Shown here: positions 1-9,780 of the stretch, in pieces | Position numbering within the stretch: position 1 is the stretch's first letter | Layout of the letters: each line of letters opens with the position of its first letter | Made by a program: the position numbers and the translations under genes | Origin: Crocinitomicaceae bacterium | GTDB lineage: Bacteria > Bacteroidota > Bacteroidia > Flavobacteriales_D > Crocinitomicaceae | Assembly (NCBI GenBank): GCA_017983465.1 | Contig: JAGOBK010000007.1 | Location: forward strand, 33,685 to 97,684 | Reading direction: 5' to 3' | DNA: 64,000 nucleotides | The notes under the pieces: generated by a model | What the model saw: only the letters and a program-made list of their open reading frames with translations | What the model was told of the DNA's origin: nothing | Databases searched by the model: none

Positions 1-164
1 TTTCATTGGATCAATACGAGCAATCATTTAAAGTTTCGGAAACTGATTTTCCACAAGTTGAGCAATTGGAGTCACTCATTCAAGGAACCTTTTTAACAAA
101 ATGCATTCAACGCTTTATCGAGATGAGAGGCGATTGGATGGAAATAATAAACTTAAAATCTTAA
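1..164 (+). CDS. 3' end of an unidentified CDS (partial, continues upstream of the window)
   Basis: Frame 3 is open from the window edge to TAA at 162-164 (...RFIEMRGDWMEIINLKS*). No recognisable motif. Confidence 0.35.
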   Translation, partial: SLDQYEQSFKVSETDFPQVEQLESLIQGTFLTKCIQRFIEMRGDWMEIINLKS

Positions 165-165
165 C

Positions 166-762
166 ATGAAATCACTGATCGTTTCAGCTTCCATTCTTGG
201 AATTTCACTATTCACATCTTGTGGTGATAAACCAGCGCCAAAAAAGGACACTACACCAAAAGTAGCAGTTCGTTCTTTGGGTGGATTAAAAATTGCTTAC
301 TTTTCAAATGATAGCATTAAAGCAAACTTTGCCTACTTCGTGAAAGAGGAAGGAATCATCAAGAAAAAACAAAAGGCCTTTGAATCTGAAGTGGAACGAA
401 GAACAAAAGCCTACGAGGCATTTATTACTAAAAAGGATGCGGAAGCTCGTGGAGGACTTTTATCGCAGAACGAGATTGCACAAGTTCAACAACGCGCGCA
501 AGAAATGCAAAATCAAATCATGCAGTACCAACAAACAGAAGGTGCTAAAATTGAAGAACTTGCAATGAAATCCCTGGAGACAGTGAATAAAAAAATTGAA
601 GCCTTAGGTAAAAAGTATTGTGAAAAACACCAGATTGATATCTTGTTAATGCATGGTCCGGGTGGACAAATAAATTACATCAATGATCGAATGGATGTAA
701 CGACTGAATTCGTGAACTTCTTAAATGAAAATCAGGCACAAATCGAAAAGGAATTAAACTAA
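166..762 (+). CDS. OmpH/Skp-family periplasmic chaperone, lipoprotein
   Basis: 198 aa. Signal peptide with lipobox LFTSC. K/E/Q-rich coiled-coil body typical of the OmpH family. Confidence 0.7.
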   Translation: MKSLIVSASILGISLFTSCGDKPAPKKDTTPKVAVRSLGGLKIAYFSNDSIKANFAYFVKEEGIIKKKQKAFESEVERRTKAYEAFITKKDAEARGGLLSQNEIAQVQQRAQEMQNQIMQYQQTEGAKIEELAMKSLETVNKKIEALGKKYCEKHQIDILLMHGPGGQINYINDRMDVTTEFVNFLNENQAQIEKELN

Positions 763-763
763 C

Positions 764-1315
764 ATGCGTCCAACAGAATCAAAAAAAGTAGAGAATGTAG
801 CTGAATACATTTTGTATTTATTTCAAATTGAAGATTTAGTTCGATCCCTAAATTTGGATATTGAGTTAATAAAATCTAAAGTGTTGGAGCCTGCAATTCG
901 CGACGAATTCCAATTGAATGAACAAATTTCTTGGTATCAGAATTTGGTTCAGGAAATGAATAGGAAGGGACTCGAAAAGGAAGGACATATAGATGAGGTT
1001 CAAGAGATTTTAGTTGAGTTGACCTACTTACATAATAGTTTATTGACCATCATGAACGATGCAAAGTATAAATCTTTATGTGAAAATGCCCACGAAGCTT
1101 TAGAAGAATTTAAGCAAAAGTCCAATATGGTTCAACGTCAAGACGTAGAAATTTTGATGCATGCCATGTTTATGAAATTGCAATTAAAAATGCGTCAAAA
1201 GGAAATCAGTGCGGAAACGGAAGCGGCATTCGACCTAATGCGTATTCAATTGGCTTATCTTGCTCGAGAATACCAACGCATGAAATCTGGTGATTGGGAT
1301 TATTTAAATAATTGA
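764..1315 (+). CDS. DUF4924-like protein, function unknown
   Basis: 183 aa. N-terminal NVAEYILYLFQIEDLVRS motif as remembered for Bacteroidota DUF4924. Starts 1 nt after the upstream stop. Confidence 0.5.
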   Translation: MRPTESKKVENVAEYILYLFQIEDLVRSLNLDIELIKSKVLEPAIRDEFQLNEQISWYQNLVQEMNRKGLEKEGHIDEVQEILVELTYLHNSLLTIMNDAKYKSLCENAHEALEEFKQKSNMVQRQDVEILMHAMFMKLQLKMRQKEISAETEAAFDLMRIQLAYLAREYQRMKSGDWDYLNN

Positions 1316-1768
1316 GGAACTGTCAAACGGTAGTTTTTCTAGGACTGTCAAACGTTTATTTTCCGCATCAACTTCATAGAAGGCATGGATTAATCCGTTA
1401 CTCAGTGCGATAAACTTTCCTTGCATCTCTTTCTGATACGTTAATGCTTGGTACAAAGTATCCATTGAAATTGGAATATGTGGGGCTTTACATTCTACAA
1501 GAACAAACGGCTGAAAATCTATGTCATAAACAACAATGTCCCAGCGTTTGGTTAATCCTGCATATTGAATCGATTTTTCCACAGCTATTCGAGAAAGGGG
1601 GAAATGATTTTCCTGATGGAGGTAAGCAATAAAGTGTTGACGAACCCATTCTTCTGGTGTCAATTTTATTTTTTTTCTACGAATAAGACATTGCACGTAA
1701 ATCTCTTCATCTATCCGACTCAATTGAAGGGAAGTTTTTGGAAGATTTAAGGGGATAATTGGACTCAT
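1304..1768 (-). CDS. stand-alone HsdR-N-terminal-like PD-(D/E)xK fold protein
   Basis: 154 aa. WDIVVYD ... VLVECK (D...ExK nuclease-fold signature). PEEWVRQHF motif typical of HsdR_N domain proteins. Confidence 0.65.
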   Translation of the reverse strand: MSPIIPLNLPKTSLQLSRIDEEIYVQCLIRRKKIKLTPEEWVRQHFIAYLHQENHFPLSRIAVEKSIQYAGLTKRWDIVVYDIDFQPFVLVECKAPHIPISMDTLYQALTYQKEMQGKFIALSNGLIHAFYEVDAENKRLTVLEKLPFDSSSII

Positions 1769-2988
1769 TACATGCCTGGAAGTAGGAGGTGAATGTCCTT
1801 GTATTTTAAATCAAATACCTTTCCAAGTACTTCATTTGTTAAAATACCTTTGTACATATACACTCCGTTACGGAATCCACTATGTGTTCTGATCAAATCA
1901 ACAACGCCACCTTTTTCACCCATTTCAAGTATCATTGGGGAGAAGGTGTTCGACAATGCGAAGGAAGCTGTTCGGGAAACGCGTGAGGCAATGTTTGGCA
2001 CACAATAATGAACGACACCATGCTTCACGAAGGTTGGGTCATTGTGATTCGTTACGCGTGAAGTTTCAAAACAACCACCTTGGTCAATGCTCACATCGAC
2101 TAACACGGAGCCAGATTTCATTTCTTGAATCATTTCTTCACTTACCACACAAGGAGTTCTGCCAATTGGTGAGCGCAATGCTCCAATGACTACATCTGCA
2201 CGACGAATGGCTTTTGCTAAAACTTTAGGCTGAATGATGGAGGTATAAACGCGTAAACTTAAGTCGTTTTGTAAGCGACGTAAGCGTGTCAATGAATTGT
2301 CAAATACTTTAACCGAAGCGCCAAGTCCAAGTGCTGCTCTCGTTGCAAATTCACCAACGGTTCCAGCGCCAATTACCACCACTTCGGCAGGTTGTACACC
2401 GGCTATTCCACCAAGCATCAATCCTTTTCCTTGGGAGAAGGATGATAGCAATTCACCTGCGACTAAAATGGATGTTGTTCCCGCAATTTCGCCCATTGTT
2501 CGCACAATAGAGAATACACCTTCTTCATCTTGTATGTAGTCCCAAGCGATGGCAGTGATTTTTTTCGCTGTTAATTTTTGAAGTATTTCTTTCGGTTGTG
2601 TTGAAATTTGTAGCGCCGAAATAAATGTTTGATTACCAATCATCAATTCAACTTCCTCTTCAGAAGGTGGAGCGACTTTCAGGATAATGTCACAACTATA
2701 AATGGATTTTCGATCGTAAACAATTTGTGCTCCTGCTTCGCTGTATTCGTTATCCGTGAAATTTGATCCTTCTCCCGCGTTTGTTTCCATTAAAACTTGG
2801 TGTCCGTTGGAAACGAGCAAGGTTACGGCTTCAGGAACTAAGGCTACGCGTCTCTCTTGAAAGGAAGTTTCCTTTGGAATACCGATAAACAAGTTTCCTT
2901 TTTTCTTGCGCACTTCTAGCATTTCCTCTTTTGGAAGAAGACTACCTTTTTGAATAAGTGTTTTTAATAATTCAGGATCAGTTATCAT
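1768..2988 (-). CDS. alanine dehydrogenase / PNT-alpha family NAD-dependent enzyme
   Basis: 406 aa. IGIPKE..ERRVALVPE N-terminus, Rossmann VVVIGAGTVG, VDVSIDQGGCFETS and VHYCVPNI motifs. Confidence 0.75.
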   Translation of the reverse strand: MITDPELLKTLIQKGSLLPKEEMLEVRKKKGNLFIGIPKETSFQERRVALVPEAVTLLVSNGHQVLMETNAGEGSNFTDNEYSEAGAQIVYDRKSIYSCDIILKVAPPSEEEVELMIGNQTFISALQISTQPKEILQKLTAKKITAIAWDYIQDEEGVFSIVRTMGEIAGTTSILVAGELLSSFSQGKGLMLGGIAGVQPAEVVVIGAGTVGEFATRAALGLGASVKVFDNSLTRLRRLQNDLSLRVYTSIIQPKVLAKAIRRADVVIGALRSPIGRTPCVVSEEMIQEMKSGSVLVDVSIDQGGCFETSRVTNHNDPTFVKHGVVHYCVPNIASRVSRTASFALSNTFSPMILEMGEKGGVVDLIRTHSGFRNGVYMYKGILTNEVLGKVFDLKYKDIHLLLPGM

Positions 2989-3421
2989 AATTCAGGACGA
3001 TTTCTCTTAGTTCACCTTCTGGTTCACAACGAATATACAGCCAATTCGCGTGTTCTGGAAGAATATTTTCAATTTTATCTGGCCACTCCACAAAGAAATA
3101 GGCATTTTCTTCAAATAATTCGTCTAATCCAAGTTGGGCAAGATCGCGTTCATTTTCAATGCGATAGCAATCAAGGTGAAAGGCCTTTGTTCCTAGCTTA
3201 GTCACATATTCGTGAACAATCGCATACGTCGGTGATCCATCGGGATGTTCGATTCCTAATTCCCGAAGTAAAGCCTGAACAAAGGTTGTTTTTCCAGCGC
3301 CCATTTCGCCTTGAATGGCGACAAAGCTTGGCTTGGAAAGGAGTGTTACAAGTTCAGTTGCGACCATGGGTAGTGATTCCAACGGAACATGTTCCCAACG
3401 TTTAGTTTGGTCTTTTTGCAT
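2978..3421 (-). CDS. tsaE: tRNA t6A biosynthesis ATPase TsaE
   Basis: 147 aa. P-loop GEMGAGKTTF, followed by SPTYAIVHEY and HLDCYR motifs. Confidence 0.85.
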   Translation of the reverse strand: MQKDQTKRWEHVPLESLPMVATELVTLLSKPSFVAIQGEMGAGKTTFVQALLRELGIEHPDGSPTYAIVHEYVTKLGTKAFHLDCYRIENERDLAQLGLDELFEENAYFFVEWPDKIENILPEHANWLYIRCEPEGELREIVLNYDN

Positions 3422-4190
3422 CGTAGGATTCTATTATTCCATTTTTCCATGAACACATTTCCAATTGTTTTCCATCGAATCGAGCAAAGGTTTGAGCGTA
3501 TAACCATTCACCAGTATTGAGGTAAACAGCTTGGTCAATAGTCAATTCTAATGGCAAATGTCGGTGTCCAAAAATATAGTAGTCTTGCGGATTTGTTTTT
3601 TGATGTTCAACAGCGAAGTGATACAGCCATTCCTTTTCTTTTCCCGAATAGATCATGTCCTTCGCCATTCCACTTTTGCGGCTGCTACGGGAGAAAAAAT
3701 TCGCTAATGAAATTCCGAAATTCGGATGAATGCGGGCAAAAGCCCATTGACACAATGGATTTCTAAAAACACGTTTGATGAACTTGTATTTATAATCACC
3801 CGGACCTAATCCATCACCGTGAGCGACAAAAAATCGTTTGCCATTTTTCTCAAAGCAATATTCATCGGCATGTAATTGAACGCCTAATTCTTCTTGAAAG
3901 TAGTGGAACATCCACATATCGTGGTTCCCTTTGAAGAAATGCACAGGAATCCCTTTGTCAACAAGTCCAGCGATTTTCGCTTGCAAACGGACGAATCCTT
4001 TTGGAATAACGGTTTTGTATTCAAACCAGAAGTCAAAGATGTCACCAATTAAAAAAATTTCTTCGGCATCTTTTTCAATGCATTCAAGCCAAGCCACGAT
4101 AGCTGACTCGCGTTCTCGACTTTTAGCTAAATCAGGAGTGCCCAGATGGAAATCTGAAGCAAAATACGTGTATTTAGCCGTAACGTCCAT
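3402..4190 (-). CDS. lpxH: UDP-2,3-diacylglucosamine diphosphatase (LpxH-type metallophosphoesterase)
   Basis: 262 aa. SDFHLG, GDIFDFWFEY, GNHD and GHRH calcineurin-like motifs in LpxH order. Confidence 0.8.
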   Translation of the reverse strand: MDVTAKYTYFASDFHLGTPDLAKSRERESAIVAWLECIEKDAEEIFLIGDIFDFWFEYKTVIPKGFVRLQAKIAGLVDKGIPVHFFKGNHDMWMFHYFQEELGVQLHADEYCFEKNGKRFFVAHGDGLGPGDYKYKFIKRVFRNPLCQWAFARIHPNFGISLANFFSRSSRKSGMAKDMIYSGKEKEWLYHFAVEHQKTNPQDYYIFGHRHLPLELTIDQAVYLNTGEWLYAQTFARFDGKQLEMCSWKNGIIESYDAKRPN

Positions 4191-5302
4191 TAATGACCAA
4201 AAATGCGTTTTAACTCTTCTTCCAAAGCTGGACCTCTTAAATTCGTTTTGATCACATGTCCTTCACGATCGATAAGTACCGTAAATGGAACACTTGAAAC
4301 TTTGTATAATTGAGCAACTTTGCTATTCCATCCTCCTAAATCACTTACGTGATTTGGCCATGATAATTGATCTTGTTCAATGGCGTTTTTCCATTTTTGT
4401 GCGTCGGTATCTAGAGAAACACTTACAATGGTAAATCCATCTTTTTTATATTTTTCGTATGTCTGAACCACATTTGGGTTTTCTCTGCGACAAGGACCAC
4501 ACCACGACGCCCAGAAATCAATGAGTACAATTTGTCCATGCAAAGAAGAAAGGGTCAAGGTCTTTTTTCCATCTGTTTTTAACTCTGTAAAATCAGGAGC
4601 GATTTTCCCAGGCGCTAAAAAGTTTGCATCCTCGATGCGTTTTTTGATTTGGGAGAAATGATTGTAGAATGATTGCACGGTTGGACTTTCATTAAAAACA
4701 GCATACAATTGATTCAGTACGTTTTCATAGGATGCCATATCCTGTTCAGCATTCATATTCGCCAATGCAAGTATTAAAACGGGTGAATTTGCGTTGGCTC
4801 CGATAAAACCTTGAAGTTCACTATTGAATTTATAAAACTCTTGGGTCATGTAGTCATTCACCGCCTGCTCGCGAGAAGGATCCGCTTTGATCGCTGTTAA
4901 TGCAGAATCACTTTTTGCTGTCCATTTTTCCGCAACATGGGAAAAGTCATTCATTGCTTTTGATTCATCTGAACCAACGAAATTGCAAAAGTCCTTCAGT
5001 TTTTTTCCGTCACCGTATACCTTGATGTCACTATTGTTTTTCAAAATAAGGTGAATGTTGTCATTTCCAACGCGTAGGTAATAGTAATCTGGATTCGGTA
5101 ATTCAAGGGTAAGTTTAAAATTCCCTTTTTTATCCATGGCCGCAGATCCGTAGTCTTTGTAAGCATTCCCGAAGTTTTGAGAAATTCGAACAGAATCTAC
5201 ATTAGCGTTAAAGATCATGCCTGAAACAGTCACTTTAATGGCTTTTTGACCAAATATTCCAAACGGAAAAAAGGCTAAAAGTATAATTCCTAAGTTTTTC
5301 AT
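4190..5302 (-). CDS. TlpA-like thiol:disulfide oxidoreductase with N-terminal beta-rich domain
   Basis: 370 aa. Signal peptide. C-terminal thioredoxin fold with DFWASWCGPCRRENP. Confidence 0.8.
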   Translation of the reverse strand: MKNLGIILLAFFPFGIFGQKAIKVTVSGMIFNANVDSVRISQNFGNAYKDYGSAAMDKKGNFKLTLELPNPDYYYLRVGNDNIHLILKNNSDIKVYGDGKKLKDFCNFVGSDESKAMNDFSHVAEKWTAKSDSALTAIKADPSREQAVNDYMTQEFYKFNSELQGFIGANANSPVLILALANMNAEQDMASYENVLNQLYAVFNESPTVQSFYNHFSQIKKRIEDANFLAPGKIAPDFTELKTDGKKTLTLSSLHGQIVLIDFWASWCGPCRRENPNVVQTYEKYKKDGFTIVSVSLDTDAQKWKNAIEQDQLSWPNHVSDLGGWNSKVAQLYKVSSVPFTVLIDREGHVIKTNLRGPALEEELKRIFGH

Positions 5303-6495
5303 TTTAAAAGTTCGTTTAAGGTTTCTTCTAATTTTTCACCACGAAGGTTTTTTCCAATGATCTTTCCTTCTTTGTTCAAAAGAACGGTATATGGAATCCC
5401 TTCTATGCCAAAGTTTGCAACAACGGAGGATTTCCATCCTTTCAAATCACTTACATGGTTTGTCCAAGTGAGTTTATCTTTAACAATGGCTTCTTTCCAT
5501 TTCGTAGCATCTTCATCTAAGGAAACAGAATAGATCGTAAATCCTTTGTCCTTAAATTTTTCATACATTTTCACAACGTTCGGATTCTCTGCTCGACATG
5601 GTCCACACCACGACGCCCAGAAATCTACAAGAACAACCTTCCCTTTGAGGTCTGATAGTTTCAAGATTTTCCCTGATGGATTGGTTAAGGCAATTTCGGG
5701 AGCTGGAACGGTACCATTGACAGATGAAGCAAATTCAAAATAGGCATTTTCAATTTGTGCATATTGATTTCTGAACGTCTCAGCTGCTGGTTGACCAGCA
5801 TATTTATCTTCAAACGCTTCGGTTACCTTTTTCAGTGCTTCCAAATTTGTTGCGTCCCAATCATCAAAACTAACACTTGGAAGCAAGTCCATGGAAAGAA
5901 TGATGTTGTATGCATTGCTTGGGTCTTTTAGCATGTGTATTCTGGAAAAAGATTCCATTTTACTTTTGGCTTGAAGGAAAAGTTTGGAAACTTCTTCCTT
6001 ACTGCGGTTTTCAGCGTTTAACTGCAAGCGAGCTTGGGTTTGTTGAAACGCATCGAATTCACTTAAATAGCGATTCATGGTTTTGCTCCAACTTGTTCCA
6101 CCTGCATTCGGTTTGGAAACGAAGGAACTTACGGAAGTGTTGATGGTCAAATGATCTCCCGGAATAAGGGTGATTGGAATTAAGCTGTTTTTTTCATCGC
6201 TCAATCTCAAGAAATAATACCCCAAACCTGGAATATTTCCGCTAATGTTAAAACTTCCATCCTCATTGATTTGTCCCTCAGCTACAGGAATTGTTCCTTT
6301 GTCACTTGGAGCTTCGATAAACAAAGTCAAACCGGGAACACCTGTAATTTTTCCTGATATTTCAAAATTCGCTTCAAGTCCACCGGTTTCTGCTAAGTCT
6401 TTTTGGTATTTGTTGTACCAAATAATACTACCAACTAGTGCGACAATAGCCACAAGGATTACCCAGGTTTTATTTTTGATTATCCAATCTTTCAT
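5299..6495 (-). CDS. TlpA-like thiol:disulfide oxidoreductase (tandem paralogue)
   Basis: 398 aa. N-terminal TM anchor. DFWASWCGPCRAENP. Same domain order as the neighbouring gene. Confidence 0.8.
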   Translation of the reverse strand: MKDWIIKNKTWVILVAIVALVGSIIWYNKYQKDLAETGGLEANFEISGKITGVPGLTLFIEAPSDKGTIPVAEGQINEDGSFNISGNIPGLGYYFLRLSDEKNSLIPITLIPGDHLTINTSVSSFVSKPNAGGTSWSKTMNRYLSEFDAFQQTQARLQLNAENRSKEEVSKLFLQAKSKMESFSRIHMLKDPSNAYNIILSMDLLPSVSFDDWDATNLEALKKVTEAFEDKYAGQPAAETFRNQYAQIENAYFEFASSVNGTVPAPEIALTNPSGKILKLSDLKGKVVLVDFWASWCGPCRAENPNVVKMYEKFKDKGFTIYSVSLDEDATKWKEAIVKDKLTWTNHVSDLKGWKSSVVANFGIEGIPYTVLLNKEGKIIGKNLRGEKLEETLNELLK

Positions 6496-7946
6496 GCATC
6501 GAGTAGTTGACGTAATAATCCATTCGCTAATTTCGGATCCGCTTTACCTTGCGACACTTTCATCAATTGTCCCATAAAGAATCCAGTCAATTGTTTTTCT
6601 CCGCCTCTGTAACGAGCTACTTCGTCTGGATTTAATTCAAATACTTTCAAAATGAATCCTTTCAAGGCATCTTCATCCGAGTTTTGAATCAAATTCAATC
6701 GTTCTGCCACCTGTAAAGGTGATTCCTCTGTTGAGAATAAGGCTGGGAAAATGTTTTGTGAAGCGACGGTACTAGAAACTTTACCTTCTTCCACTAAGTG
6801 AATTAATTCTGCAATCACTAGCGGTTTTAAGGGGAATTTTTCCATGTCAACTCCGTATTCATTCAAATAGGATTTGATGTCTCCCATTAACCAATTGGCA
6901 GCGGATTTATAGTTTTTTGTATGCGCTAGAATGGATTCGTAATAAAGAGCAATTCCTTTATTGTCCGTAATGTTGTAGGCGTCGTATTCCGACAAGCCAT
7001 ATTCTTTTGTATAGCGTTGAAACAAGGCGCGTGGCAATGCTGGCATCTCCTGTGCAACGGTTTCAATTTGTTCTTTGGTGATCGTAATTGGTGGAAGATC
7101 TGGTTCCGGAAAATAACGGTAGTCATTTGCCGCTTCTTTGGAACGCATAGAAATTGTAATTCCTTTCAATGCATCAAATGCTCTTGTTTCTTGAGAAAGT
7201 GATCCGCCGGATTCCAAAACTTCAATTTGACGAAGAATTTCAAATTCAATTGCGCGTTGAACATTTCGAATGGAGTTCATGTTTTTCACCTCGACCTTTG
7301 TTCCAAATTCGGAAACCCCGACAAGTCGTACAGAAACATTCGCATCGCAGCGTAAAGATCCTTCTTCCATGTTCCCATCACAAATATCTAGGTAGCGAAC
7401 AAGTTTACGCACTTCCGTCAAGTAATGGTAAGCTTCCATGGATGAACGCATATCAGGTTCAGAAACGATTTCGAGTAGGGGAGTCCCCGCACGATTTAAG
7501 TCCACCAATGTATCGTAAACGTCCACGTCGTGAATGCTTTTACCAGCATCTTCTTCCATGTGAATACGTGTCAATCCTATGGATTTCTCTGTTCCATCAT
7601 CCGTTCGAATGACAATACTTCCACCTGTACATATTGGTGTTGTATCTTGGGTGATTTGGTATCCTTTCGGTAAATCGGGATAGAAATAATTTTTTCGTGC
7701 AAAATGCTGAGCTGGAGCGATATGTGCATCGCAAGCAAGTCCTAGTTTAATAGCGAATTCAATCGTTTTTTTGTTCATCACTGGTAATGTACCCGGATGT
7801 CCGAGTGTCACCACGCTAATGTTTGAATTTGGCGCGGAACCATATTCATTAACGTCGTTTGAATACGCTTTGGTTTTGGTCAACATTTGTGCATGGACTT
7901 CAAGTCCAATAACAACTTCGTATTTATCGCGAATGGATGCTTCCAT
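6492..7946 (-). CDS. gatB: Asp/Glu-tRNA amidotransferase subunit B
   Basis: 484 aa. KYEVVIGLEVHAQ N-terminus. Full-length collinear GatB core plus C-terminal helical tail. Confidence 0.92.
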   Translation of the reverse strand: MEASIRDKYEVVIGLEVHAQMLTKTKAYSNDVNEYGSAPNSNISVVTLGHPGTLPVMNKKTIEFAIKLGLACDAHIAPAQHFARKNYFYPDLPKGYQITQDTTPICTGGSIVIRTDDGTEKSIGLTRIHMEEDAGKSIHDVDVYDTLVDLNRAGTPLLEIVSEPDMRSSMEAYHYLTEVRKLVRYLDICDGNMEEGSLRCDANVSVRLVGVSEFGTKVEVKNMNSIRNVQRAIEFEILRQIEVLESGGSLSQETRAFDALKGITISMRSKEAANDYRYFPEPDLPPITITKEQIETVAQEMPALPRALFQRYTKEYGLSEYDAYNITDNKGIALYYESILAHTKNYKSAANWLMGDIKSYLNEYGVDMEKFPLKPLVIAELIHLVEEGKVSSTVASQNIFPALFSTEESPLQVAERLNLIQNSDEDALKGFILKVFELNPDEVARYRGGEKQLTGFFMGQLMKVSQGKADPKLANGLLRQLLDA

Positions 7947-7952
7947 AATTTT

Positions 7953-8765
7953 TTAGATGCGGGAGATTAGTTCTTTCATGATTTGAGTCATTTTCGGCTC
8001 TTGACGACTAGCCACTTCAATAACGTCTTGAACACTCACTTTTTTGATTTTTCCAGGTACCCCTAAGTCTGTGATGATGGAAATAGCAAAACAAGGAATG
8101 CTCATATGTCGAGCAACGATTACTTCAGGAACAGTTGACATTCCAACAGCATCAGCGCCAATTACGCGTACGTATTTGTATTCGGATGGCGTTTCCAATG
8201 TTGGACCAGTAAGTCCTGCGTAACATCCAACAGATACTTTGATGGACATTTCTTCGGCAATTGTTTTTGCTATTTGAATCATGGATTCATCGTATGGATC
8301 ACTCATATCTGGAAAACGTGGACCTAATTCGTCGATGTTTTTACCAATCAATGGATTTCCGGGAAATAAATTGATGTGGTCGTTCATAATCATGATTTCT
8401 CCTACCGCGAAGTCTGGATTCACACCACCTGAAGCATTGCTCACAAAAAGTCGCTCAATGCCTAATAATTTCATGACACGAACGGGAAAAGTTACTTGTT
8501 GTAAATCATAACCCTCGTAATAGTGAAAACGTCCTTGCATCGCGACAACATTTTTTCCGCCAAGGCGACCAAAAATGAGTTTTCCAGAGTGACTTTCCAC
8601 TGTTGATACAGGGAAATTTGGAATGGTTTCGTATGGAATTTCGTCCACGATTTCGATTTCTTTCACGAGTCCACCTAGACCTGTTCCTAAAATAATTCCA
8701 ATCGTTGGTTGAATACTTGTTTTGGCTTGAATAAATGCCGCTGTTTCTTTAATTGCTTGTAACAT
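7953..8765 (-). CDS. purine nucleoside phosphorylase (trimeric PunA type)
   Basis: 270 aa. GRFHYYEGY, VSNASGG and GMSTVPE motifs. Confidence 0.85.
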   Translation of the reverse strand: MLQAIKETAAFIQAKTSIQPTIGIILGTGLGGLVKEIEIVDEIPYETIPNFPVSTVESHSGKLIFGRLGGKNVVAMQGRFHYYEGYDLQQVTFPVRVMKLLGIERLFVSNASGGVNPDFAVGEIMIMNDHINLFPGNPLIGKNIDELGPRFPDMSDPYDESMIQIAKTIAEEMSIKVSVGCYAGLTGPTLETPSEYKYVRVIGADAVGMSTVPEVIVARHMSIPCFAISIITDLGVPGKIKKVSVQDVIEVASRQEPKMTQIMKELISRI

Positions 8766-9771
8766 AATCTTTTATCATCGAGTTAAACGCTTCTTCTTCC
8801 GCCATTTTTACGGTAATTGGAAGAACATACCAAGGATAGGTTTGTCGATCATGTTCAGATAGAAGTCCTTGGATTTTCACGAGGTCCTTTTCTGTTGTGA
8901 TGATGGCCATTTCCTTGCTTGCAAAGGTATCAAATTTTCTGTGAATTTCTTGGATATCTCCACGTGTAAACGAGTGATGGTCACCAAATTTAAGTTCCTC
9001 CACTTCATAAGATTCCATCAAGTGACTTTTCAAGGATGTCGAAGTAGAGATTCCAGTTACTAATAACACCGATTTCATTTGCTCTATTGGTGTCCCTACA
9101 GCTTGAAAATCAGCGTATTCGATTCTGGAGAAAAAAACTGGTTTTTCGTAATCTTCATAGCGTTTTCGATGAAACATCATCTCATCTTCCGTTAGATTCG
9201 GACATTTAGTTAAAATGATGGCATCCGCACGATGAGCACCTTGTTTGGATTCTCTTAGGTTTCCAGAAGGCAAGTGCCAATCGTATAGGAATTGCTCGTG
9301 AAATGGAGTTAACAATAGTTGTAGTCCGGGTTGTACATATCGGTGCTGAAAAGCATCGTCCAAAATAATGATTGCTGCAGCATTCATTTCCTTCATTCGG
9401 ACAATCGCATGTTGACGTTTTTCGCACACAAACACATCCGTTTTTGGCGCAAATTTCTGAAAGTAGGAAAGTGGCTCGTCACCTACCGAGGCTGCATTAT
9501 CTGTGCTGTTAAGTAGTCTAAAACCTTTTGTTTTACGACCATAGCCGCGACTAAGAATTTGAATGGAATGTTCGTTCTGTAAAAGGGAAGTCAAATAAAT
9601 GACCATCGGTGTTTTTCCAGTTCCGCCAACGGATAAATTGCCTACTGAAATCGATTTACCTGGAATGATGGTTGATTTCAGAACACCCACATCAAAGAGG
9701 ATATTCCGAGTATATGTGATGAGCCAATATAAAATCGTAAAGGGAAGTAGTCCGATTTTTCTCATCCTCAA
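8749..9771 (-). CDS. lpxK: tetraacyldisaccharide 4'-kinase
   Basis: 340 aa. P-loop VGNLSVGGTGKTP, SRGYGRK and ILDDAFQH motifs. Confidence 0.88.
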   Translation of the reverse strand: MRMRKIGLLPFTILYWLITYTRNILFDVGVLKSTIIPGKSISVGNLSVGGTGKTPMVIYLTSLLQNEHSIQILSRGYGRKTKGFRLLNSTDNAASVGDEPLSYFQKFAPKTDVFVCEKRQHAIVRMKEMNAAAIIILDDAFQHRYVQPGLQLLLTPFHEQFLYDWHLPSGNLRESKQGAHRADAIILTKCPNLTEDEMMFHRKRYEDYEKPVFFSRIEYADFQAVGTPIEQMKSVLLVTGISTSTSLKSHLMESYEVEELKFGDHHSFTRGDIQEIHRKFDTFASKEMAIITTEKDLVKIQGLLSEHDRQTYPWYVLPITVKMAEEEAFNSMIKDYVTSN

Positions 9772-9780
9772 AGATACGCT

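Noticed and set aside
7169-7612. A 147-aa antisense ORF inside gatB. Similar ones lie at 15345-15776 and 39356-39727.
   Set aside because: Same reasoning as above: fully embedded in well-supported genes, with no independent signals.
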